Assembly: GCA_030264375.1 (NCBI GenBank)
Contig: JASCQW010000027.1
Location: 117,308,256-117,372,255, forward strand
Source: Carcharhinus longimanus
Lineage: Eukaryota
DNA: 64,000 nucleotides
Direction of reading: 5' to 3'
Within the stretch, counting starts at the first letter, position 1; each line of letters starts with the position of its first letter. The translations under genes and the position numbers were made by a program. The notes beneath the pieces were generated by a model, which saw nothing but the letters and a program-made list of their open reading frames with translations, had not been told where the DNA came from and did not search any database. This document shows, in pieces, positions 11,873 through 25,214 of the stretch.

Positions 11873-12989
11873 TCAACTTGTAATTGGCTTCTTCAAAGTT
11901 AATAAGCACACAATTTAAATAATTTAACAAGTAGTATGGGATAATTTAAGTAAAATGGATCCGTGGAAGAAATAATTCATACGTTTCTTGCACTTGCCCT
12001 AAGTAGCCTCCATGTAGCTATGTATCACGAAATATCACATATGACCAATGTTATATCCACAAATCTGTTTGACACATCAGTGTGGCTGATATTCAACATT
12101 CAGGGTTCCTCTGAAATGATCCACAGTCCCAACTCAATAACCAGGCAAAATTAACTTAAACCTTAATGTTAGAAATGCGATGACAGTGCTGCAATTAGTA
12201 TGTGTCATCAACAAAATGCATTAAGACAACACATTAAACCACACATAGTTGTATCTCAAGTTAATGATCAGATATTGCCCATCATAGACTGTGATAACAG
12301 CCATTTACAGCAGTGGTAAGGGCGTAGATGGATAGGAAACTTATCTTGCCTGATTCTTTGGTCCAATTAAAGCTTTCCTTAACCTTCTGTTCAAAGAAGA
12401 ACAATTCCAGTCTCCCCATATAACAAATAAAAACAGAAAATGCTATATAAACTCAGCAGGTTTGGCAACATCTGTGGACTGAAACGGAGTTAATGGGCCC
12501 TATGTTACCATTTTGATTTGAAGTGCTGGGTTGTCTTGAAGCTGGGAATGCTTCAGATCTGACTTTTAGACCTGTTCTCAGGTGCCCCCATAAGCAAACT
12601 GCCTGCAAAAATATCAGCAATTCCAAATCGTGCTGTAGAAGCCTGTGGACAGGGCTTAACCCACCCAAAACCCTGCAGCTCCAATTGGCGCATGTGCCAA
12701 AAAAGATAGAATGCTGCTCCCCTGCCACATTGCTCCTGGGCTGCTTAATGCCTCCCCTGGCCCCCTCAGACATTGCCTGAGATCAGTGGGGGATAAGGGG
12801 GGCAGTAATGTTGGGGATAGGGCAGTGTGGCAGCAGAACCCCCCTTCCTATCCACTGATTTCAAGCAAAGTGGCAGTGAACCCTGTCCCCTTTCCCTCCA
12901 CTGATCTCAGACAGAGTCCTCCCCACCTGCCCCCCACTCCGCCAAACGACTTTCCCGCCACTGATGTCAGGTAGAATGGTAACATATGC

Positions 12990-14812
12990 CCCCCTTTCCC
13001 TCCACTGAAGATAACAGAATGAACTAATTGAAGAGTGGGAGCAAAACTGAACAAGGGGCAGGTGGACACATGGGGAGGGGTGGGTTGTGTTGAGGAAGGC
13101 CAAGGAAACCTAACAAAATAGGAGATCAAGATGGAGGGGAAGTTCACTATCCGCAAAGTGGTCACTCAGTCTGCATCTAGTCTCGCCAATGTAGAGACAA
13201 CTGCATTAGGAGTAGCACATAAAGTAGACCAAGTTGAAGAAGATGCAAGTGAAACACCTCGGGCCTTTGGACAATGAGGAGCGAGGAGGCACTTGCATGG
13301 GAAGGTGATGAAAGATTGGAGGTGATGGAAGGGTCCCTGTGGAAGGTTGACATGGGATTGGGAGGGGATGGTTAAGTAAAGATATGTTAGAGTTGGTGGA
13401 AATGGTGCTGGATAATACCTCAAATGCAGAGAGGTTGGCTGGGTGAAAAGTGATAACAGGGATCTGGTCATGGTTTTGGGAGGGAAGGTGTGAGGGTAAG
13501 GGGAGGGAAAAGGCAGACAAGTTCAAAGCGAAGGTGGCATCATTGGAACAGATGCAACCAAGGCAGAGAAAAAGAGTGATATGGAGTCCTTACAGAGGGC
13601 AGGGTGTGAGGAGCTGTAGTCAAAGCTATGGGAATCATTGATTGGTGTATTGGTGGTCATTCTATCGTCAGAAATGGAGACAGAGAAGTCAAGGAAGGGA
13701 AGTGTTAGAGATAGAACAGATAGAAGGTAAGACAAGGGTGAAAATTGGGAGCAAAAAAAATGATATATTGTTCCAGGTCCAGATGAGAGCATCAAGGGGC
13801 AGCGAAATAGCCATCATTGAGGGAAAAATGCCTAAGACTGGAACAAGGAATGTTCCACATACCCAATAATAAGACAGGAATAACCAGGGCCCATGTGGGC
13901 ATCCATAGCCACACCTTTTATTTGCAGTGAGACAAGTTAAAAGGAGAAATTATTTAGTGACAGAACAAGTTCATCCAAGTGGAGGAGTATGTTTGGACCT
14001 CTGCTCGAAGAAGAGTGGAAAGCCCAAAGATCTTCTGGTGGGGGAAGGGGGTGTAGAGGGATTGGATATCCAAAGAGAAAGGAGCTAGTTAGGGCTGGAA
14101 ACTGATGCGATGTAGGGTATTGGAGGAATCACAAACATAGCTGAGAAGGAACGAGGCAATGGGAGTGAGAACAGAGTCAAGATGGGAAGAAATCAGTTTA
14201 GTGGGACAGGAACACGCTGATGCACTGGATTTACCTGGGCAGTCTCGTTTGTGGATTTCAGCAAACACATAGAAGTAAGTTGTGCAGGGTTGGACGACTC
14301 TGAGGTTGGAAGCTATGGAGGAAAGATTCCCCACAGGCAATAAAGGTCATAGTGTTCTGGAAACAATGGCTTGATTTTTGGTGGTGGGATCATGGTCCAG
14401 GGGAGGTAGGAAGAATGCCTGACAGTTGACATTCAACCTCTGGGAAGTAGATGCTAGTACACCGGAAAACAATACCACAATTGCCGGCAGGTTTGATAAC
14501 AAGGTCAAAGTTGGACCCAAGAGAACGGCTGCAAGGTCAGAAGATAGATTGGAGTGGGTAATATGGACAGAGAAATTGAGGTGGCTGAGGCCATGTTAAC
14601 GGCTCTCAAAAACATCAATAGCAGGTGGAAGGCCAGGAGGGGAGTCCAGGTTGAGGGAGAATACTCAAAGGATCTACTGAACAGGGTGGGGGAGGAATCC
14701 TGCCCAAAGAAGTGAGGTGAAGGCGAGTTCTGAAGAGCTCAGCATTGTGCCAAGCCTGAAATTCATTGAGGTGAGGACATAAGGTGATGAAGCTGAGTCC
14801 TTTGAGTACAGA
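12990..14812 (-). mobile_element. Decayed Penelope-like retroelement (RT plus GIY-YIG endonuclease)
   Basis: Minus-strand remnants: FYVFAEIHKRDCPG (about 14230-14275), KGVAMDAHMGPGYSCL (about 13872-13919), and FTC..NLVY...YIGETRCRLSDHF (about 13155-13255). There are many stops and frameshifts. Confidence 0.85.
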
Positions 14813-15914
14813 NNNNNNNNNNNNNNNNNNNNNNNNNNNNNNNNNNNNNNNNNNNNNNNNNNNNNNNNNNNNNNNNNNNNNNNNNNNNNNNNNNNNNNNN
14901 NNNNNNNNNNNNNNNNNNNNNNNNNNNNNNNNNNNNNNNNNNNNNNNNNNNNNNNNNNNNNNNNNNNNNNNNNNNNNNNNNNNNNNNNNNNNNNNNNNNN
15001 NNNNNNNNNNNNNNNNNNNNNNNNNNNNNNNNNNNNNNNNNNNNNNNNNNNNNNNNNNNNNNNNNNNNNNNNNNNNNNNNNNNNNNNNNNNNNNNNNNNN
15101 NNNNNNNNNNNNNNNNNNNNNNNNNNNNNNNNNNNNNNNNNNNNNNNNNAAGTTCCTCCTCAACTCTGTTCTAAACCGCTCCCCCCTTTATCTTGAGGCT
15201 GTGCCCCCTAGTCCTGCTATCCTTTTCTGCTTAGGCACGCTACAGCTTCTGGACTTGATACAGATTTGAACAACTTCAGTCAGTGAACTTTGCTCTCCAT
15301 CTTGACTCCATGCCACCCTTCTCCACTGTTTATTTCAAAACCGCACCCCTCCCCCACTTGGCCAACTGTCCTTGATGTTTAAATTTGCTTCCACTGAGCA
15401 TTAATCTTCATTCTTCTTGTAACACATTCCATTAACACACCACTTTGGTCTTATGCCAGTGACACCTTTATCAATTTCTCCTCTGCTGTGACCTATATCT
15501 ATATCCTGCCTCACGTCCTCCACAACTATATAATTTATTACATTTCTACTCTGGTTTGAATCATACAGGTGTGTAAATAATGGATTGGGGACATTTGATT
15601 TTTAATTTCCTGCTACGGGGAAGTTCCAGTAACACACTTTCAATAGTTCAAACTTCCCTGCTGCTCTTCCTGCGCACCTTTTGCTTCAGGTTCACATACC
15701 TGCACATCGTGGTATGGAATGCAAAAGTACTAAAGCGACATTGAGTTAAAGCATTATGCTCCTGCTTTGTAAACGCACTGACTAAATAAACGAACAAGTC
15801 TCAAAAATTGTGTTCACGGGGCCGACTATATTAAATATGATGGAATACAATGGGGGAAATTTAAATATTTCGAAGTCCATGACAATATTACCCGAGTATG
15901 TGGGTTGGTGTGTG

Positions 15915-16175
15915 GGTTACACACCAACCCACTCAAAAAGTGCTTCTTCCCTGCTGCCATCAGACTTTTGAATGGGCCTATTTTATATTAACTTGATCTT
16001 TCTCTATACCCTAGCTATGACTGTAATACTACATTCTGCAGTCTCGTTTCCTTCTCTATGAACAGTATGTTTTGTCTGTACAGTGTGCAAGAAACAATAC
16101 TTTTCACTGTATGTTAATCTGATAATAATAAACCAAATAAAAAATCCATTTAAGTACAATAGTTACAAGTTTAAG
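15915..16175 (+). repeat. Direct duplicate of 17201-17456 (Rex1 3' tail plus unique flank)
   Basis: High identity, including about 35 bp beyond the LINE tail. Confidence 0.85.
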
Positions 16176-16721
16176 AACTCTCACATGTTTGTGTTATCAC
16201 TGATTGACATGGTTCTGGTCATACATTCCGTACATCAGAGCAAGACTTGATAGAACAAGTACTCAGTCAGTGGAACTAACTATATTAATTGACTTTATAT
16301 TGAGGAGGTGGCAGATGTAAGCTTCACTTCCTACGCTTCCTAGAAACAAATGGGCTCATTGTTGGGATTCCTGGTTTACAGCGGGTCTCCAGTACTTCTA
16401 AGTGGCTATTATTCATGTGTGCATGACAATGAATGCCACATGCCAATCAATTGTACAGCAATACAGCCAAGACAGAAAAGGACTTCACTGGATGCCACAT
16501 ATGCTTTTAGCTATAGTCACTAAAAACTACTGGTGTCTAAACTAACCCACGGGATTAGAAGCAATTTTTAAAACACCTTCACAACAGTCTGAAAGAGATC
16601 AGCTAATCCACAGTAACCAGTGTTCTACACAACCTAGATGGCAACTCATTGGGCCAATTAGATGAACCCTCTTCCTTTGATAATACATTAAAATACAGCA
16701 CATTTAGGAAGCAGTTCTTAC

Positions 16722-16855
16722 CTGCCAAATGCATTCAGAAGAGCAACAACTTCCTGTCTAGTCAGCTGAAAGCCTGATGAAGGACTTCGCTCGGGAAGAT
16801 TCTTGATCTCGCGTTCAGAAAATAAAATCTTCAGAGCAGTACCCAAACCCTGAGT
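16722..16855 (-). CDS. ERO1B: ERO1B exon 15
   Basis: AG/GT bounded, 134 nt; [44 protein letters not shown](R). Confidence 0.97.
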
Positions 16856-17064
16856 CTGGAGAGGAGACCAGAAAATAAAAATAAGTGTTTTGCTGCCTTT
16901 TCTAGGCAAGGTTGTGCACTGGGGATATTTTAATCAGTTGACTTTGGGTTTTTCAATTGCTCCATCTTATGGTTAAATTTTGACAAAAGTCATCAACCTG
17001 ATGTTTTCACCCTCCACCAAATGTTGCCTGACCTGCTGGACATGTCTAATATGTTTTCCTTTTA

Positions 17065-17420
17065 TCCAATCACACAAACCAGCCTCCCATCCATTACCTC
17101 TGTCTACGTTTGCTGCTGCCTTGACAAAGCAGCCAGCATAATTAAGGACCCAAGCACCCCAGACATTTTCTTCCTTCGGGAAGAAGATACAAAAGTCTGA
17201 GGTTACATACCAACCCACTCAAGAAGTACTTCTTCCCTGCTGCCATCAGACTTTTGAATGGGCCTATTTTATATTAACTTGATCTTTCTCTACACCCTAG
17301 CTATGACTGTAATACTACATTCTGCACTGTCTCGTTTCCTTCTCTATGAACAGTCTGTATAGCGCGCAAGAAACAATACTTTTCACTGTATGTTAATATG
17401 TGATAATAATAAACTAAATA
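17065..17420 (+). mobile_element. Rex1/Babar LINE 3' end
   Basis: Homologous to 62210-62560. Confidence 0.8.
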
Positions 17421-18579
17421 AAAAATCCATTTTGAAGTACAAGTTACAAGTTTAAGCAATATTTTGGAACTGGTTCAAAAAAAAACCTTCTAATGCTGAA
17501 GCTAGGACTAAGGGTGAGTACTGTGGTGCGGAGAACTGATGAGGTCAACCTGAAATGTTAGCTGTTTCTCTCCACATACACTACTGGACCTGATGAGATC
17601 TTCTGCAATTTTGTTCTTATTACTAAATTAAACCATGGCAGTGGAACACTGGAGAAGGAAAGATATGAGCAATTCTTCATCAGAGTGATCGAAGTCTGAA
17701 ATTGACTCCTAGATAGGTTAGTGCATTCCTCAGGAAATCAGAGTTTCAATGGCAACATTCACTTTTCACATGCACATCTTCTGGGCCTGTGGACAATGAT
17801 GGTAGAGCTTCCAGCATTCTTTCAAGCACATGGCTGACCAGGAATCTATCCCACTCTTATTTCCTGCCACTGGCATGTCTTGGAAGGATTTGTGGTTGCA
17901 TATCAACCACATTTGGCCACATTATGGACACACATACATTGTCCAGCCAATCCTGAGGTGTGACTTAAACTTCTAGCTCAGGGGCAGGGATGCTACCCAC
18001 TATACCACAAGACACCCCTCAGATGGAGCAGTGGAAGCACAAACTCTGGAATCCTTTAAGAAACAAGCAGTTGTCATAACGGGGATGACATCAGGATTTC
18101 TAAATGACAGAACAAAAATATCCAGAGTAGCGTCCTTTATCCTTTGGTAAGAAGGATAATTTCCTCTGAATAATAGCAATAACTAGAGTAACTAATTATG
18201 TGAGAAACCAGAAAGTGAAGTATTGCAAGGCTTAAGGAGACCAGGTGGGGATAAACCTGCACTAGGGTAACTGGAGGGCTGGAAACAAGCACCAAAACAC
18301 CTCCTTTACGTTTATTATTTTTAATGTCACAAGTCGGCTTACATTAACACTACAACGAAGTTACTGTGAAAATCCCCTAGTCACCACACTCTGGTGCCTG
18401 TCTGGGTAACAGACAGAATTTAGCAAAGCCAATGCACCCTAACCAGCACGTCTTTTGGACTGTGGAAGGAAACCGGAAGAAACCCATGCAGACACAGGGA
18501 GAATGTGCAAACTCCGCACAGACTGTAACCAAACTGGGAATCAAATGAGTCCCTGGTGCTGTCACCACTGCCCATTTGG

Positions 18580-19720
18580 TAAGCATAGTGGATAAAGCAG
18601 TCGTCTTTGTCAGACTGCAGATCCTGGCTGAAAGCATTTATTCTGAATCCCACTGTAGTTTCACAGCTGGAAGATCCACATAACCTTCTCAGTTCAGCAA
18701 TCAAAAGAGAAGTCCCACAAACACAGGGGACCACTATATATGGTTTTCATTGAATATGTTGACGAGATCAACCACGTGAGCAGAGGTGGTCTATTTAATC
18801 TGAAGAAAACTGGCTGTCTGCAGAAGCTGCTCAGCGTAATGTGCGAGAAATGAATAGTAACTTTGGAGAGCTTGAAGAGCCATAGTAAAGTCAAACAACT
18901 TGCATTCTGACACCAACACTGTCGTGTTCTTCTCCTTGTGGCTGTCATATGCCTTCTAATCATCTACAAACTGTATTTCTGACATACAAGAGCTTTCTGA
19001 GATCCTAGACAAGTGTGCTGAGTCCTCATCAGGGAATGATTCTATACCAATGATGGCATGCTAGCATTCCACACTGAAGAATATCTGCAACATCAAATGG
19101 AAAGACTCTCATGTCTACAGAAAGGTTGGTTTGATCCTTAGCATCAAGGTGACAGATGTTGCCATATCAAATCAGTTGTGGCACAGCTGCAGGTTGTTGA
19201 CAACTTCACCTATCAACGCTCCTCAATCACTCGTGACCTGTTATTTGATTGTGAAATCAAAAGCTATAGCTGTTATTTACAAGCTGCAAGAACAAGGACC
19301 AACTGATTGAGAACTTCGGAGTCTACTAGGAAGCATCCTCCTCTATGATCATGAGACCTGGGTAACATATGATAGGCAAAAATGGCAGTTTCAGAATTTT
19401 TAATATCCTCTGATCTGTCAAGAGATGCTAAGATGACCAACTCAGAGGTCCTGATATATGCTAATCCCATTAATATACACTCACTGCAAAGCCAATGACA
19501 TATGAGCTGGTTCAGCATGTTCATCAGATGATGAATGGCCATATACCCAAAGACAGCCTGTACGATGAATTTCTCCATCCACTTTTCATCTGCAGTAAAT
19601 GCTGCAGAGACTGTCATGCTAGAGGGTGGCTCCTGAGTCACAACAGGAACGATTTAACACATCTGACCACCAAGGCGCAAACCACCATCTCAAGATGGAA
19701 GGCTGCCAAAGAAGTCAGAT
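18580..19720 (+). mobile_element. Decayed RTE-clade LINE
   Basis: RT remnants: a degenerate YADD (YTNDG..FHTEEYLQ) at about 19040-19095 and LQVVDNFTY at about 19187-19213. Confidence 0.65.
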
Positions 19721-20139
19721 AAATTCTGGGCCGGAACTGAATGGTGTCACGGAATCTTTTACACCCATCTGGGAGGGCAGATGGGACTTCAGTTTAACAT
19801 CTGAAAAATGCAACCAACAATACTGCAGCACGCCAAGTACTGAAGTGTCAGCATTTGATTATGTGCTTAAGTCTGGAAATGGAAATGGTGGGAGTGCTAC
19901 CACTGAGCCATGGTTCACACCTGAGGGAGAATGCTGCTATTCCAAAAAATCTTTAAATAATTGCAATCAGTTCAAAGAGGAAAAAAGTTAAAAGTTTGAA
20001 ATCAAAAGTAATCTTTTTATTCTACAATGCTAAAATTGGACATTAAATTCAGCCAAGAACACCCTGATCCAAAATTAAAATATTAAATTTACTACCTGCC
20101 ATTTGTATTAACAATTTAAACTTTGGAACCAAAGCAAAT

Positions 20140-20810
20140 TCCTAAAATAATGGATGATACCAATTTTTGGGTGAGGGGACTGCAGAGGGATGGCGTCAAT
20201 CTGAGGAGGACTGCAAAAAAATTACAAGGCAACATTAATAAACCTGCAGCATGGAAATATAAAAGGACAAATAAACGTCAACCTTGCTATAAAATGAGGT
20301 ATTCATGTTGGTAGGAAAAAAATTAGAATGTCATCTATCGGTTGGGAAAGAAGAGTTTGAATGGGATAGAGAAGCAATGGATCCAGGCGTATAAATACAC
20401 AAATCACTAAAAACGTAGCCATGCAAGTAAGACAGCAAATCAACCACTAAGATTTATTCCGATACAGATATATTTGAAAAGTAGAGAATTTGTTTCAAAC
20501 CTTGGTTAAACCACAATTCTAACTCTCAAATTATGAAATAGATATAAAGGCACTGGAGGAAGTGGAAGAAAGATTTCCAAGGCAGAACCACAAGTGTGGG
20601 ATCACAGCTGTACGGTAAAAGATGAACAAGCTTAGTTTCATTTTACTTCAAAGAGGTTGAGGGATAACTGAATACAAATCTTTAAAACTATGAAATGTTT
20701 TGAAGGTTAGACACTGAGTGCCTTGCTTCTATTGTGGGAAAGCAATGATCACAAAAAGAAATCAGATAGGGAATTCAGAAAATTTACTTGCCTATGTTTT
20801 TGATGTAGAA
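20140..20810 (+). mobile_element. Old CR1 LINE fragment
   Basis: Degenerate colinear similarity to the CR1 ORF2 at 26030-26540 (DDT, CEVxHxG, ALExVxxRF). Confidence 0.6.
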
Positions 20811-22385
20811 TTCACTATCAATATTCCCTCTAGGATACACAGTCACGCAACAAACTGGAAGCTGCTGCACATGCCATGCTTATGCCCAATTTAAGATAAT
20901 ACATGCACTTGGCTATGCAAAATAATTTCAACTTTCAGCATATTTCAACAAACAAATCATGGACAAAAAGTGGAATGTTGTTTGGTTCTACAGGGAGTAG
21001 CTGAGGTGTACATAAACAGTCTGAAATACATGGACAATAGTCAGGTTTGGGCTGACAAGTGGCAATTAACATTGTGCTGCACAAGTGCCAGGCAATGACC
21101 ATTTCTGACAAGAGAATAGAACCACCCACCCCCTCACCCTTTACATTCAATGGCATTAACATCACAATATCCTGGGGGTTAACACTGGACAGAAAATGAA
21201 CTGGAATAGTCAAACAAATACTGTGGCAAAAAGGGCAAGTAAGGGGCTAGTAATCCTGCGGCAAGCAGCTCATGTCACAACTCAAACTTGTCCACAATAT
21301 CAAAACACAAACCAGGAGTGCGATGGAATACTTTACCCTTGCTTACACCAGTGCAGCTCCAAAAAAAACCTCAACAAACTGATACCATCCAGGGCAAAGA
21401 AGCCTGCTTGATTGGCACCCTATTCACATCCATCACCAATACACAGTACTATTTACATGACGCAGTGCAAGAATTTACCAAGGCTCCTTAGGCTACACAA
21501 TTCAGACCCATTACTGTTTAGGACAAAGGCAAGATATGTTGAAATGCCGCTACCTGAAAATTCCCCTCCAACCCACACAGCATCAGGAGTTGGAAATTTA
21601 CCATTGTTCTTCCACTGCTGTCAGGTCAAAATTCTGGAACTTCTTCCTGACAGTACTGCACCTACATGATATAGGCTGCAATGGTTCAAGAAGGGAGCTC
21701 ACCACTACCTTTCCAAGGTCCAATAGGGATGGACAATAAATACTGGCCTAGTCAGCAACACCCATATTGCTTGAATGAATAAAAAAAAAACCACATGAGG
21801 GAGAAGAAAATATTCCCATTCTGTGTGTTTTATCTAATTCTATATAAAAGACTAATTTTGATGGTGTTTCCATTCATTTCTTCAATAAATGGAATGTAAT
21901 TTTTAAAAATATCCATATTCGAGCATTGCTTTTAGGGTGAAGGTTTTTGCCATGCATTAAGGCAACAGAATCAACAGTTTAGGTTATTAAAGAGCATTTA
22001 CCTGCCAGAAGTTGATGAGTGCTCGAGTGGTGAGTCAGTTTAAATTTGTTAATATTTGGTAGAAAAAGAACTAATTGTTCAACGTGTGGCACCTTTATCA
22101 GTCACATGTGAAATTAGGGAATAGCATAAGGGAACAAAACAAAATATTTCACCACTGTTTAAACAGCTGTGTCTTGGACTGTGTGCTGCCAGTTGAGTAA
22201 GTTGCCACTAATGAGGGTACAGAGGGTTTTGACCTGCTTCCTTTCTAACCTATATCACCCAGTAGCCTGTGAACCATTACTTTGTCACAATGCAAAAAAT
22301 TTCACTTCCACATGCAATGATTTTAATCAGCATCGATTGTTCTCCAAATTGCTTGCATTACTTGGGAATATTATGCAAAACAAAC

Positions 22386-22472
22386 CTGAAGTTTACCCCA
22401 TAATCTGCACTTGTCACATCCAACACAATCCATTATGAGAGAGATATTCTTAAAATGGAGCCTGAATTCCTC
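22386..22472 (-). CDS. ERO1B: ERO1B exon 14 with the CxxCxxC inner active site
   Basis: AG/GT bounded, 87 nt; [29 protein letters not shown]. Confidence 0.97.
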
Positions 22473-22559
22473 CTATAAAAAAAATATAAAATCACAATTC
22501 ATCTCTTGCATTAACTTTGCACAGTCAGCCAAGATTAATTTCAATTATGTGGGAGAGAG

Positions 22560-23120
22560 AAAGCAGTGGATAGCAGGGGGGAAGAGGCCTGCTGCAATGT
22601 TCCAGTGAAACTCAACGCAAACTGGAGGAACGGTATCTCATCTTCCGGTCTCATCATCGAATTCAACAACTTCAGCTGATCAGCTCTACCCTTTAGTTTT
22701 CATTTAATTTAATTTTTAAACTGTTCACTAACTTTTATTTCTTTGTCTTCATTTTTCTTTCCCCCTATTCTTATCTTTTCTCCCCCTTTGCTTCTCTCTT
22801 CCCATCTTTTTCTCTACCTTATCTCTCTCCCATCCATCACCTCCCTCCCCCACACGTTCATGTCACAGCTTGCCCTCCAATTTCAGCTTCTTTCCCATTT
22901 GGCTAACCACACCTTCTAATCTCTCCATGGACTGCCATTAGCAGCCTTTCCCCTTGTTTTTGAGGCTATAACTCATCTTTCATTTCCTCACCCTACAGTA
23001 TAAATATCCCCCACATTCAATGCCTTTTAGCTTTGACAAAGGGGCTCAAAAATGTCAGCTCTTTTCTCTCCTTACAGATGCTGCCAGACCTGCTGAGATT
23101 TTCTAGCATTTTCTCTTGGT
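22560..23120 (+). mobile_element. Penelope-like element C-terminus and 3' UTR
   Basis: Encodes LLQCSSETQRKLEERYLIFR..IEFNNFS*, then a pyrimidine-rich UTR and the tail cagatgctgccagacctgctgag. Confidence 0.7.
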
Positions 23121-23239
23121 TTAATTACAGTTACCACAGGCTGAGCAGGCAATCTCAAATTAAACAATGCCTCAGCTTTGATTGCTTTCTAAAGGTTCTG
23201 GAAATGAATCCCCGCTACATGGATTGTTTGCAATGACAG

Positions 23240-24060
23240 GAACTAAAGATACAGCAATTAGAAACAGCATCATTTATACGGCACCTTAAAGCTGATAACC
23301 TAAGGAGCTTCAAAACAAAAAGAGTAATCAGATAAAATTTGACATCAAGCCAAAAGAGGAGATGATGAGGTGCAAGTAAAGTGTGGCCAAAGATCTGGAT
23401 GCTAAAGGAGGAAAGAAAAGCAGATAGCTGGAGAAGTTTAAAGAGGGAAGTCCAGAGCTTAGGGTGCAAACTGGTTACGATGAAGATGGGGTATAGAGTG
23501 ATGAAGAAAAATCAACCAATATAAAAATGCAGAAGTGACTGAAGGGCTAAAATGGGGTTGGAAAAGGGAAGAAGAATGCAGGTTCCGAAAGATATATGAA
23601 GCGGTTGGAACTGATGATGGCAGTAGCAGACAAGGCAAGATGACAGAGGTGGCTGTGACTAATGATAAGAGTTTATATGGACAGCAAGTTTAAAGAATGG
23701 GGAGTGAATTCAGAAAGGGAGAGTGAGAGGAGCAGAGATGGAAACTGTATCCTCAGAGGATGAAGAGTTTCTCAGTGTAGAGACAGAGAGGGGTTATGTC
23801 AAAGAAGAACATCGAGTGGGAATGGGTTGTCAATGAATATTTTAAAGAAAAAGATCAGATGGGTGGAACAAGATGAGGTGCTTGAAGAAGCAGAGTAGTA
23901 AGGGGAAAGTTCAGCCTGAGGTTTGGTGATATGGCACCACAATGGTAGTGGAAGCAATAGTCAGACAGGGGAGGGGCATATAAGAGGGAATGCAAGCCTG
24001 AGATGGTGGCAGGAGAACAGGCATAAAGAATTGGGTAAGAAATTGACAGTGTTTTGGTGA
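23240..24060 (-). mobile_element. Old L2-like LINE fragments (also about 27150-28010, 28080-28670 and 37200-37600)
   Basis: Strong purine/pyrimidine strand skew and an L2-type 3' end (cctttaagat..tcctcaaaacctatctc); heavily decayed. Confidence 0.45.
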
Positions 24061-24436
24061 GGAAAGGGAGAGAGAAAATTTATCCCTGTACAATCATAAG
24101 GACAGCTTAATTATGTTAACATTTCTACAGACACCAAATGCAAGAACCAAGAGGGAAATGCTGAAAATAATATCATCGCTAAAGTAGGTAATTTGACCGT
24201 TGAAGCTTGCTGTGCCATCACAAGATCATGACTGATCAAACTCAATTTCACCTCCCAGCACACAGTGTATAACCCACATACCCAAAAATCTATCCAGTTC
24301 TTTATTGAATATATTCAACAATTGGGAAAAGGATGGATGGTTGAACTTTCGATCAATCACACAAAACATCATTTGTAAGATAAATGATTCATTTGGTAGA
24401 ATTAATCTTCAACAACATACTAAGCCAACGCTTTAC

Positions 24437-24506
24437 CTTGAGTGTTTTAGCCTCTTTCTTGTTGNNNNNNNNNNNNNNNNNNNCATCAAAATGCATAGGA
24501 AATGAC
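24437..24506 (-). CDS. ERO1B: ERO1B exon 13 (contains 19 N)
   Basis: AG/GT bounded, 70 nt; (K)SFPMHFD-[gap]-NKKEAKTLK; the frame is preserved across the Ns. Confidence 0.92.
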
Positions 24507-25214
24507 CTATTACAAAGGAAAACTGTTTATAGGATTCAGGATAAATACAAGATACTAACTTGAACTCAAATTTCTTCCCAAATTTTGACCATGCAGGGTC
24601 AACCAAATAATGGAAAATCTGCTTTAATCTACCAACTTTTCAAATGAGTAATAAAATCAATACCATTTATATGCTGGAATTTAAAAAATACAATATTTCA
24701 TTAAGTTTTATGCAATTCACAGATATGTTAAATAGAAAACTTTAAAAGAGTCAAAATATAAACACATTATAAAAACAAATTCCCAAAGCATTGCATTTAA
24801 TGCATCAGAATATCAAAAGGGGAGGGATGGATTTGGTTTGTGAATCTGGAATTTAAGAACTCAAACACCATTTATTACCAAACATATTACAATAATGTGA
24901 GGACAACTTAGTGGTTAGCACTGCTGCCTCACAGCTCCAGGTACACAGGTTCAATTCCAGCCTTGGATGACTATGTGCGTGGAGCTGACATGTTCTCCCC
25001 ATGTCTGCATAGGTTCTCTTTGGGTGCTTCAGTTTCCTCCCACATCCCAAATATGTGCAGTTTAGATGGATTGACCATGCTAAAAATTTGCCTTTTAAGT
25101 GTCCTAAGATGTGTAGGTTAGATGGATTAGCCATAGTAAATGCACAGAGTCACAGGGTTAAAGGAGGAGGGGGCCTGGTCAAGATCTTCTCAGTCTATGC
25201 AGACTAGAGGTGGT

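Noticed and set aside
14615-15269. Long ORFs of 161-182 aa in the ORF track
   Set aside because: They are artefacts of translating through N runs.
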